Assembly (NCBI GenBank): GCA_016839445.1
Contig: JAEOUG010000159.1
Coordinates: 1-27,108, forward strand
From: Candidatus Thorarchaeota archaeon
GTDB taxonomy: Archaea > Asgardarchaeota > Thorarchaeia > Thorarchaeales > Thorarchaeaceae
Direction of reading: 5' to 3'
Length of the DNA: 27,108 bases
This document shows positions 17,347-25,748 of this stretch, piece by piece. The position numbers were made by a program, and so were the translations under genes. Below the pieces are notes generated by a model. That model was given only the letters and a program-made list of their open reading frames with translations. It made no database searches and had not been told where the DNA came from. The first letter of the stretch is position 1. Every line of letters begins with the position of its first letter.

Positions 17347-18939
17347 TCAATCTTGCTCATCGATATCCTCTGATTGACCGTAGCTATCTCCTTCATCATC
17401 CATGACGGCTTCTGGTTCAGCATCTGTTGTTGGCCCTTCATCTTCTTGCTCGACTTGGGTCTCAACTACGCCACCTTCTTCGTCTGCTTCTTCGACGGCT
17501 AGGTCAATGTCTTCATCCTCAGAAGGTCGGATTTCATCTGCCTCTTCAGTATCAGAGTCCGTCCCAGTCGCTTCGGGAGCCTCTGGCTCGGAGGGTGGAG
17601 TTGGCGCTACTTCGCCCGACTCTGTTTGGAACTTCTGGATCTGGGACCTTCTGCTGACATAGAGTGCCACGATGACCGCAAGAGAGAGCGCAGCCCCGAC
17701 AACAGTTATGGTGGTCTGGTAGCTGCTGGCGCTGTCGCCAAGGAGTTGCTGCCACGTGATGACCAAGAAGGCCAGTCCTGCAATGTTCATGACGAAGCTT
17801 CTTAGCGGAGTGCCAACCTTGACAATCTCGGTTACACCGGTGTCAACCATTGCAGTTGCGATCACACCGGCGTTGTAGTCGGTAGACTTCGTCTTCTTCG
17901 CAAGGCCTCGTATGTCCATGGACTTCTTCTTGCCCATAGCAGAGAGCGCCTTGGGCACCTTGCTTGACAGCAGCTCGGCATAGGCAAGTTTCGCCTCGTC
18001 AGGGCCAATCTTACACTTCGTGCACATGTCCTTCTTCGTATTCCACTTCTTCAGACATTGAGGGCATTTTTGGCCAGGCCAAGCATCAGGGGAGACTTCT
18101 CGCAACTTCTGCCGGACTATGTATTCTGACACGCCGCTGTCCTCTCGCCCTTCTTCTTCGTCCGTCTTCTTCCGCTTGATCTTGCCCATTCCTGCAAGCA
18201 CTGAGAAGAGGAGGGGTAAAGCTCCTATCACGGTGAGGTTTGGTAGTGAGCGAAGCTCGGAGGCCTTCTTGTGGATTCCCCGGAGCTTGTATGCGGTCTT
18301 CAATCCGTCAATCAAAGACATGATACCTGAGCCAACACCATATACAGCAGCGACTGTCGCGACTGTCGCGCCGATTCCCGTTACTGACGTGAAGATGTCC
18401 TGAGGAGTGAATGGTATGTCGAAGTAGAAAGTCTGCTTCAACTGGTTGACTGTGGTGTTACCCTCGAGGACGAACTGGAAGTCGACGGATGCTTCAAGTA
18501 TGCCAGTCACGACCTTTATGCCCTGATACGTGAATGCTTGGTAGAGGTTCAGGGGAACGGAAATCGGGTCAATGGGAACCGATGGGTCGACCCAAATCCA
18601 TGTCGAGTTCGTGACGGGTTCCACTATCTGGATTGGCAGGACTGCGATTCCCTGGTAGTAGAAGACAATCTTCCCGCTCATGTTCAGGCTCTGAACGCCA
18701 GTGACAATGATTTCCAGGTCGAGAGTCATAGGCCCCTCAAGATTGATCTCAATCGGACTACTCGCATTGGAGTACTTCACATTCTGCCCATCGAATGCGC
18801 AATAGACGTACAAAGGTCCCTTGTTCATATAATCACCGGGAAATGTCTGGGCGTCCGCGACGGGAGCATTCCCGACCATCATGACACCGAACATCAATAA
18901 GAACCCCAGAAGGAGTATTTTGGCGGGCGTTATTCTCAT
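17347..18939 (-). CDS. Multi-domain membrane protein: signal peptide, beta-rich ectodomain, hydrophobic segments, C4 Zn ribbon, putative winged helix, 2 TM and acidic tail
   Basis: MRITPAKILLLGFLLMFGVMMVGNAPVADA signal; CPQC-x10-CTKC; SMDIRGLAKKTKSTDYNAGVIATAMVDTGV; D/E-rich final about 90 aa. The alternative start is 18984. Confidence 0.8.
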   Translation of the reverse strand: MRITPAKILLLGFLLMFGVMMVGNAPVADAQTFPGDYMNKGPLYVYCAFDGQNVKYSNASSPIEINLEGPMTLDLEIIVTGVQSLNMSGKIVFYYQGIAVLPIQIVEPVTNSTWIWVDPSVPIDPISVPLNLYQAFTYQGIKVVTGILEASVDFQFVLEGNTTVNQLKQTFYFDIPFTPQDIFTSVTGIGATVATVAAVYGVGSGIMSLIDGLKTAYKLRGIHKKASELRSLPNLTVIGALPLLFSVLAGMGKIKRKKTDEEEGREDSGVSEYIVRQKLREVSPDAWPGQKCPQCLKKWNTKKDMCTKCKIGPDEAKLAYAELLSSKVPKALSAMGKKKSMDIRGLAKKTKSTDYNAGVIATAMVDTGVTEIVKVGTPLRSFVMNIAGLAFLVITWQQLLGDSASSYQTTITVVGAALSLAVIVALYVSRRSQIQKFQTESGEVAPTPPSEPEAPEATGTDSDTEEADEIRPSEDEDIDLAVEEADEEGGVVETQVEQEDEGPTTDAEPEAVMDDEGDSYGQSEDIDEQD

Positions 18940-19071
18940 TGGCAACCAGGTCTCCGTTGTCCTGAACTCTGCTAGGCGTGACATCTTCCCGAGTTAAGGG
19001 TTTCGTGCGGGTCTGTCACGTGAGAACCTATTTATCTCGCATCGGCACCTTAGCCGCTTTGAGGATTCACA

Positions 19072-20160
19072 ATGGTCTTTGAGCGTATGCCCCTGGAGAT
19101 CTGGTTTGATACGTACCAGTTCGAGGTCGACTACGATATTGGCGAGAGCGGAATGAAGTTTCAGACAGTGCGCGAACTAGACCTAGACTTGAACGAGGTT
19201 GAACTCAGGTATGGATACCATATAGGACACCCCGACCTCAGGCAAATCATCGCCAATCAATATCAAGGACGTGGCGCCGAGAACGTGGCGGTGACAACCG
19301 GAGCAAGTGAAGGTAACTTCTGTGTGATTGCGCATCTGGTGAACCCCAAAGACAACATCATTGTGGAGCATCCGACATACCCCTCCCTCTACCAAGTCCC
19401 GCGGTCCCTAGAACGAGACCTGACCCTCTTCAAGTTGAAGTGGGAGGATGGCTTCACTCCGAACCTGGACGAGCTGAGGAAGGCTGTAAAACCGAACACG
19501 AAGCTGATCACTCTGACACACCCGAACAACCCGACCGGCTCGGTTCTGTCTGAGTCCACTCTCAAGGAGGCAATTGAGATTGCTGAAGACGCCGGTGCAT
19601 ATTTGATGGTTGACGAGACCTATAGGGATTTGATGTTTGACAAGCCACCTCCCCTGGCAGCCACACTGAGTGATAGAGCAATCAGCCTCACAAGCATGTC
19701 GAAGACCTGGGGACTACCAGGGATCAGAATAGGGTGGGTTGTCGCAGACACACCCATAATCGAGGCAGTCAGAGCCATTCGAGAGCAGGTCACAATCTGC
19801 AACTCCTCTCTAGGGGAATCTATTGCGAAGGCGGTTCTGGAGAACCAGGAGAAGGTCTTGGCGAAGCTTAGAGAGGCCATGCTCGCCAATTACGACATTG
19901 TGAAGGAGTGGATGGATGGCCAAGAGTGGCTTGAGTGGATTGAGCCAAGAAGCGGAGTGGTATGCGCACCGAGACTTCGGAACGGGAAGGCGACCGATAA
20001 GCTCTGCGAGCTACTAGTGAAGAAATACAGAACCTTCACAGTGCCTGGCTCGAGAATGGAACTCGATGGCCACTTCAGGCTCGGATTTGGAGGAGAGCAA
20101 GAGGAACTCATCCAAGGTCTCAAGCAGCTCGAGAAAGCACTAAGAGAGCTGTACGGGTAA
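19072..20160 (+). CDS. PLP-dependent aminotransferase class I/II
   Basis: HPNNPTG, VDETY, PLP-lysine motif SMSKTWGLPGIRIGW, C-terminal FRLGFG. GAGG and TATTTAT upstream. Confidence 0.93.
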   Translation: MVFERMPLEIWFDTYQFEVDYDIGESGMKFQTVRELDLDLNEVELRYGYHIGHPDLRQIIANQYQGRGAENVAVTTGASEGNFCVIAHLVNPKDNIIVEHPTYPSLYQVPRSLERDLTLFKLKWEDGFTPNLDELRKAVKPNTKLITLTHPNNPTGSVLSESTLKEAIEIAEDAGAYLMVDETYRDLMFDKPPPLAATLSDRAISLTSMSKTWGLPGIRIGWVVADTPIIEAVRAIREQVTICNSSLGESIAKAVLENQEKVLAKLREAMLANYDIVKEWMDGQEWLEWIEPRSGVVCAPRLRNGKATDKLCELLVKKYRTFTVPGSRMELDGHFRLGFGGEQEELIQGLKQLEKALRELYG

Positions 20161-20218
20161 GGGGGGCCTTGTAGGACCTCTTAAGCAATCGAAGGCACTA
20201 CTATTCGGCTGAAATGAA

Positions 20219-20698
20219 GTGGACGCGGTTTCAGAGCAAGACTCACTTAGCTGGTTCAAGATAGGAGAGCTACGTCCCGGACAAGGAGCTATGAACCTGA
20301 GATTTCAGGTCATGGAGAAGCCTGTTGCGCGTATTGTCCGTGCGAAGTCATCAGGAAGACATCACGAGGTATGTGACCTACTAGTTGCCGACAATACTGG
20401 ATCAGTCAGGCTAACACTGTGGAACGACGACATCGAGGACGTTGAGCCTGGGAAGACCTACGAGTTAGTGAATGGAGTCATCAAGCTCTTCGATGAATGC
20501 ATGATACTCTCTCGAGGAAGGACAAGCTCAATCAGACTGTCACATAGAGCCATCCCTGAACTAAAGGACAAGCCTGACATGAGCAAACCATTCGCTTGGA
20601 TGCCCAAGAAGAAACACAAGAGAACAAGTGCCGGAAGGTCATTCGAAGGCAGGCCCGGCCGTGAGGGAAGAGGTTACTGCTCACGGAAGTCCTTTTGA
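20219..20698 (+). CDS. ssb: Single-OB-fold single-stranded DNA-binding protein (archaeal SSB/RPA-like)
   Basis: KIGELRPG...LVADNTGSVRLTLWNDD...VEPGKTYELVNG OB-fold signature, basic C-terminal tail, CTTAAG about 35 nt upstream. Confidence 0.85.
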   Translation: MDAVSEQDSLSWFKIGELRPGQGAMNLRFQVMEKPVARIVRAKSSGRHHEVCDLLVADNTGSVRLTLWNDDIEDVEPGKTYELVNGVIKLFDECMILSRGRTSSIRLSHRAIPELKDKPDMSKPFAWMPKKKHKRTSAGRSFEGRPGREGRGYCSRKSF

Positions 20699-20725
20699 AG
20701 AGGCGACTCACTGTCTTGACCGGAG

Positions 20726-21613
20726 ATGAGAATGAGAGTTCGCATCGGTGACAAAGTGATACCATACCCACTAGGCTCACTTCGCGGAAGGTTCCGTCTA
20801 GCTGGTTTCTCACAACTAGAAGCTGAACAAGCTGTCTCAGAGATACAGGCCTCTGTGGGCACCGGTTCTCTATCCGAGAAGGATCTCGATGCCATGGCCC
20901 GGGGTTGGATCTCCTCGAATCGCCTCTCTCTAGCGTCGTCATTCGAGAAGCTTGCTGAGTATGAAGAGGCCAGAAGGTCCAAGGGGCGGCCGCCTCTCGT
21001 TGTCGCCATTGAAGGAGCATCAGCGACTGGGAAGACCATGTTGGCCCTAGAAATCGTGAATATGATCAACGCAACCAGGTTCATTTCGACCGACACCATT
21101 AGGCAGATCCTTAGGACCATAATGCCCGAGAGCAAGTACCCGGAGCTGCATTGCCATACGTACCAGGCGCACAAATACAGGCAGGAGGGCTCCGTAGCGC
21201 TGAATCCGGAAGTGAGAGGATTCATTGCACAGACGGGCCTTATTATGCCAGGAGTAGTAGAACTCGCACGACGAGTCCTAGCCGAAGGGGCGGTCACTGT
21301 CATAGAGGGAGTTCACATAGTTCCAGGGTCTCTTGTGGGCCTAGGACCGAGTGTGCTGGAACTCGTAGTATCACCAACGAGAGAAACACACGAAGCGATG
21401 TTCCTGGCGAAGCACGCTGCAGGAAAGCTCAGGTCCGTCACTGAAGACGAGAACAGACGGTACGCTGAGTTTGAGGCGACTGTCAGCATCCAGGAGTATA
21501 TGCTGGAGCAGGCACAGAGGAAAGGCATCAATGTCGTGGATTTCGAAGACTATGAGGAGTCTCTGAAGGAAATAGCAGCCCTGATTCTCAGTCGTATTGA
21601 GTCCCTCACCTGA
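20726..21613 (+). CDS. 2-phosphoglycerate kinase-like P-loop kinase with N-terminal ATP-cone-like region
   Basis: Walker A GASATGKT, ISTDTIRQILR, PELHCHTY and VIEGVHIVP match the archaeal 2PGK family pattern. Confidence 0.8.
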   Translation: MRMRVRIGDKVIPYPLGSLRGRFRLAGFSQLEAEQAVSEIQASVGTGSLSEKDLDAMARGWISSNRLSLASSFEKLAEYEEARRSKGRPPLVVAIEGASATGKTMLALEIVNMINATRFISTDTIRQILRTIMPESKYPELHCHTYQAHKYRQEGSVALNPEVRGFIAQTGLIMPGVVELARRVLAEGAVTVIEGVHIVPGSLVGLGPSVLELVVSPTRETHEAMFLAKHAAGKLRSVTEDENRRYAEFEATVSIQEYMLEQAQRKGINVVDFEDYEESLKEIAALILSRIESLT

Positions 21614-21672
21614 CCACAGAGAATAAAACAGAGGCTACAAGACGAGATTGCGTGACCTGACAAGAGGGATTC

Positions 21673-23076
21673 TTGTTGTCTTGGAAGATGAAGTCTCTGC
21701 AGAGGCTGTTCAATCCGGAGTGCGTTGCTGTGATTGGAGCCTCTGAGAAGCCAGAGAAGCTGGGCGCCCTAAGCTTGCTGGCGCTTCGTGGCTTCGCGAA
21801 GCCTGTATACCCTGTCAATCCGGGATATCGAGAGATCCAGAACAAGAAATGCTACCCGTCAGTCGAGGATATCCCAGAGAGAGTCGATCTTACCCTCATT
21901 GCGGTTGGCCCTCACCAAGTCCTTGAAGCGGTCAGTGACTGCGCCAAGGCAGGAGTAGGTGGGGCAGTCATCTTCTCAGCAGGCTTCAAGGAACTGGGAG
22001 GCATTGGTATAGAACATCAGCAAAGAGTCAAGAAAGTTGCTGATGACGGGCAGACCGCAATCATCGGGCCCAATTGCCTAGGTGCAGGGAACCTCAGAAT
22101 CGGCCTTAATGCCACATTCTTTCCTCATCCAGTTCATATCAAGGCAGGGAGCGTCGGAATCGCAAGCCAGAGTGGAGGCGTCACGGGCCTAATGCTCTAC
22201 CGTGCAGCCGATGAGAGACTCGGAGTGTCGAAGTTTGCCTCGGTCGGCAATAGGGTCAACATAGACTTCCATGACATGGTCTCTTACTTCAGAGAGGATG
22301 AAGACACGAACACAATCTGCTTGTTTGTGGAAGGGACTGAGCAGGCTCGTGAGATGGCAGATGAGATCAGTAAGACATCCCCTGACAAACCGGTTGTGGT
22401 GCACAAAGTTGGGAAGACCCCTGCATCAAGAGAGGCCGCCCTCAGCCACACAGGCAGTCTGGCAGGTAACGAGCACCTGTACAGCGCCGCACTCCGACAG
22501 TCAGGAGCACTCGAAGTCGGAGGAGTGTCAGAAATGATTGACACTGCGAAGCTCCTATCATTCTTCCCCAGTCCACCCAGAGGGAGAAGAGTGGCTGTTG
22601 TTACTCACACACTCGGTATCGCGTTGATTGCTGCCCAAACCCTAGAAGAGAGAGGGATAGAGATACCTATGCCCTCCAGACATATAGTTGAGCAGGTTCA
22701 GAGTCTGATTGATCTCCCGGTCGAGGTGCCAGTGAAGAATCCCATTGACGTATTGGCAAAGGGTTGGGCAGAGCCGGAGGTATTCACGGGGGCGTTCAAG
22801 CTCGCTTTGGCTAGCCCTGAATATGATGCAACAGTGATCTGCTTCTCACCCAACTTCATTCAGGGGATTGGTGGTGGTGTTCCTGTCGCCGACATACTTG
22901 AAGCCGCAAAAGGCACCTCGAAGCCGGTCGTCTGCGTTCTCAGCGCGCCGCATACTCGATCTCCTCCAGGCATGGAAGAACTGGAGGAAGGAGGTATTCC
23001 TGTGCTCCTAAGCCCAGAGAGAGCTGGAGTTGCCGTGGCGAATCTCCTACGCCGCCCCCTCAGAGGCCATTCATAA
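21673..23076 (+). CDS. ADP-forming acyl-CoA synthetase (acetate--CoA ligase) alpha subunit
   Basis: LFNPECVAVIGAS, VYPVNP, FSAGFKE, IIGPNCLG, SQSGG, SVGNRVNIDF, phospho-His motif ALSHTGSLAG, NPIDV. The start may be 21676 or 21688. Confidence 0.9.
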   Translation: MLSWKMKSLQRLFNPECVAVIGASEKPEKLGALSLLALRGFAKPVYPVNPGYREIQNKKCYPSVEDIPERVDLTLIAVGPHQVLEAVSDCAKAGVGGAVIFSAGFKELGGIGIEHQQRVKKVADDGQTAIIGPNCLGAGNLRIGLNATFFPHPVHIKAGSVGIASQSGGVTGLMLYRAADERLGVSKFASVGNRVNIDFHDMVSYFREDEDTNTICLFVEGTEQAREMADEISKTSPDKPVVVHKVGKTPASREAALSHTGSLAGNEHLYSAALRQSGALEVGGVSEMIDTAKLLSFFPSPPRGRRVAVVTHTLGIALIAAQTLEERGIEIPMPSRHIVEQVQSLIDLPVEVPVKNPIDVLAKGWAEPEVFTGAFKLALASPEYDATVICFSPNFIQGIGGGVPVADILEAAKGTSKPVVCVLSAPHTRSPPGMEELEEGGIPVLLSPERAGVAVANLLRRPLRGHS

Positions 23077-23147
23077 GAACAGAGAACAGTTATAGAGCAA
23101 GTCTTTTCAAAGGATAACTAAGCGTTCGCGCATCCTGCAAGTCTTAG

Positions 23148-25124
23148 TTGGTGACGCTCTTGACTGGCGAGTTCGACAAGAAGAATGGGCTTGATATGTC
23201 AGCTGTAGCTCTGCTTTTCGACAACTCGCCATACGGTGTGGCCATCGGAGAAGGCTTGTCAATCATCTATGCGAACAGCCAGATGGCGGAGATACTTGCG
23301 ACGCGCATCCAAGGCGTCGTGGGACACTCCATGAAGGAGGTTGCCGACTACCTTGAGCCACCTGAGAAGGAAACAGCTGTCAGGGTCTTTGCCTCGCTTG
23401 AGAAGGGCAATCTGGACACATCGGGCGGTATCTTCACAATCAGACTACCTGACGGATTGACGAAATCAGTCAGGGTAACCGCGAATGCGATTGCAGTAGG
23501 GAAAACACGATACATTGTAGCATACGCTACCGATGTGACTCAAGACCAAGCCGCAAGGACCAAGCTCTTCGCAGAAAGAAAGGCCTACAGTGTTATAGCC
23601 GAGGCGGCACTGAGCACGGCAGATATTGCATCGCTAACTCAGAGAGTGCTGGAGGGGCTCACCGAGTCCTTGGGATTCGACCTGGGGACAATCCGGATTG
23701 TATCGGAAGACAAGGAGAGCCTAAAACTCATCGCCTCTGTAGGAATCGAGCCAGGAGGAACACCCGAGGAGGTCAGAATCGATGACCCCCACTTCCTTGT
23801 TGCCAGAACGGCTCGGACGAAGCAGCCCATGTTCACGCAGGAGATTGCTCGAACAAAGGAAAGCAAGGACAGGATGACTCGGGCCAAGGACCTCGGAATC
23901 CACTCACTCATCTTCTGGCCGATTCTAGGCTCTGACCGCGAGCTTATCGGAGTGATCAATATCGCTTCAAAGGTCGAGAAGATGATGGACGAGGAAGACA
24001 GAGGCTTCTTCGCAACGGTTGCGGGGATGTTCTCGACAATCATCGAGCGTAGAAGAACAGAGGAAGAGCTCCTTGAGAGCCAAGAACGATTCCGGGCCTT
24101 CGCTGACAATATGCCAGGCCCTGTCTTCATTAAGGACCATAAGTCACGAGTGCTATTCGTGAATCGCTTCATGAGGGCGCGTCCGATGCGCGAGCAATGG
24201 GAAGGAATGAAGCCTGAGGAGTTGTTCAAGCCGAATCATGCAGAGAAAATCTCTGAGGAAGACCAGAGAGTCCTGATGGAAGGTCCTATTGACCGCATTC
24301 AGAGCTTCTCAGATACAGACGGAAGCGCCAGAACCTATAGAAGTCACAAGTTTCCAATCTTCAGAGAAGGGAAACCCCCGCTGGTTGGCGGCTTCTCTAT
24401 TGACATTACGGACAGAGTGGAAGCCCAGAGGCAGCGAGAGGAGGCCAGGGCGAGGGCCGAGTTCTTCAATGACCTAATGGCTCACGACATCAACAACATG
24501 CACCAAGGTATAATGTCAAGCCTGGAATTGATACTTGCCTCGAAATCCTGCACTGACGAGATGAGGAAGATTGCGGAGAGTGCTTTGCAGCAAGTCAATC
24601 GTAGCGTATCCCTGATCAACAACGTCAAGAAGTTTTCGCAGGTCAACCGAGAGGAGATCACCCTCGAGAAGACCGATCCGGGGCTCTCTCTTGCAGCAGC
24701 CATAGAGACTGTTAAGCAATCATTCCCAACCCGAAAGATTGCTGTGGAAACGAACCTGAGAGTGGGAATGTACTGCATAATGGCAAATGACTTCCTTCAG
24801 GACGTCTTCTACAACCTCCTACACAATTCTGTGAAGAACACCCACCAAGACGAAGTGAGGATAAACATCCAATCGTGTCTCGAGGATGAGGGTGAGTTCC
24901 TGAGAATCGATGTCGAAGACTGGGGGCAGGGAATGGATGACCGACTGAAGGAGAACATACTTGTCAGCCTTGATGACCGAGTAAGGAGAGTCTCTGGTGT
25001 CGGACTCACTCTAGTGAAACGCATTGTGGACATCTTCAGAGGCCAGATCGCCGTGGAGGACCGAGTCAAGGGAGACTACACGAAAGGAACTCGGTTCACC
25101 GTCAGACTCCCCAATGGCTGCTAG
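23148..25124 (+). CDS. Cytoplasmic PAS-GAF-PAS sensor histidine kinase
   Basis: PAS (IIYANSQMAEIL), GAF (SLIFWPILGSDRELIGVINI), PAS (FADNMPGPVFIKD), H-box DLMAHDINN, N-box NLLHNSVK, G1 DVEDWGQGM, G2 SGVGLTLVK, GTRFTVRLP. No TM segment. Confidence 0.93.
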   Translation: MVTLLTGEFDKKNGLDMSAVALLFDNSPYGVAIGEGLSIIYANSQMAEILATRIQGVVGHSMKEVADYLEPPEKETAVRVFASLEKGNLDTSGGIFTIRLPDGLTKSVRVTANAIAVGKTRYIVAYATDVTQDQAARTKLFAERKAYSVIAEAALSTADIASLTQRVLEGLTESLGFDLGTIRIVSEDKESLKLIASVGIEPGGTPEEVRIDDPHFLVARTARTKQPMFTQEIARTKESKDRMTRAKDLGIHSLIFWPILGSDRELIGVINIASKVEKMMDEEDRGFFATVAGMFSTIIERRRTEEELLESQERFRAFADNMPGPVFIKDHKSRVLFVNRFMRARPMREQWEGMKPEELFKPNHAEKISEEDQRVLMEGPIDRIQSFSDTDGSARTYRSHKFPIFREGKPPLVGGFSIDITDRVEAQRQREEARARAEFFNDLMAHDINNMHQGIMSSLELILASKSCTDEMRKIAESALQQVNRSVSLINNVKKFSQVNREEITLEKTDPGLSLAAAIETVKQSFPTRKIAVETNLRVGMYCIMANDFLQDVFYNLLHNSVKNTHQDEVRINIQSCLEDEGEFLRIDVEDWGQGMDDRLKENILVSLDDRVRRVSGVGLTLVKRIVDIFRGQIAVEDRVKGDYTKGTRFTVRLPNGC

Positions 25125-25193
25125 TGAAAGAGGCTTTTCCCAGAAGCGTTAAATCTGAGGGAACTTCTCCCTTTTACTTCAGAGAGGAAGGAT

Positions 25194-25733
25194 TTGCCAG
25201 AAGAAAGCCCAGAGTTCATGCTGAAGATGGTGGCTCTAGGTGATGGTGCGACTGGAAAGACTAGCTGCATCATGCGCTACACCGAGGACCGCTTTGGCGA
25301 GAGCTACAAGGCTACGATAGGTACGGACATAGCGCTGAAGAATGTCACACTCAATGTCAAGGGAAGAGAAATCAAGACGCAGATTGTGCTCTGGGATCTG
25401 GCAGGTCAACCGACATACAAGGACCTGAGACAGCGCTACATGGTTGGCTCTTCAATGGCCTTCATAGTCTTCGACGTCACTCGGCCTCCAACCTTCCTGA
25501 GCCTAGACATGTGGTACAGCAGCTTCCGAATAGCATGTCCCAGAGCCATTGTTGCAGTCGTCGCCAACAAGATAGACAGAAGCGACCGTCGAGTACCTAC
25601 CGAGGCAGGGAAGATGCTTCAGGAATGGTGGAACGTGATGTATATCGAAACCTCCGCCAAGGATGGAACCAACATCGACAAGCTCTTTACTGACGTGGCA
25701 ACCAAGGCAGTCCTCAACGAGATGGCGAAGTGA
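25194..25733 (+). CDS. Rab/Ras-superfamily small GTPase (eukaryotic signature protein)
   Basis: G1 GDGATGKTS, G2 ATIGTD, G3 WDLAGQ, G4 NKID, G5 ETSAK. No C-terminal Cys motif. TTG start after GAGGAAGG. Confidence 0.95.
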   Translation: MPEESPEFMLKMVALGDGATGKTSCIMRYTEDRFGESYKATIGTDIALKNVTLNVKGREIKTQIVLWDLAGQPTYKDLRQRYMVGSSMAFIVFDVTRPPTFLSLDMWYSSFRIACPRAIVAVVANKIDRSDRRVPTEAGKMLQEWWNVMYIETSAKDGTNIDKLFTDVATKAVLNEMAK

Positions 25734-25748
25734 ATTCCGTCTGTTATC

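Noticed and set aside
17347-17620. Low-complexity TCx/CTT-rich DNA suggesting a repeat array
   Set aside because: It is explained by Asp/Glu codons of the acidic protein tail on the minus strand and has no regular repeat unit.
20532-21303. Long antisense ORFs (162 and 209 aa), and similar shadows at 16093-17228 and 23639-24229
   Set aside because: They lie opposite well-supported genes and lack motifs, as expected for shadow ORFs.
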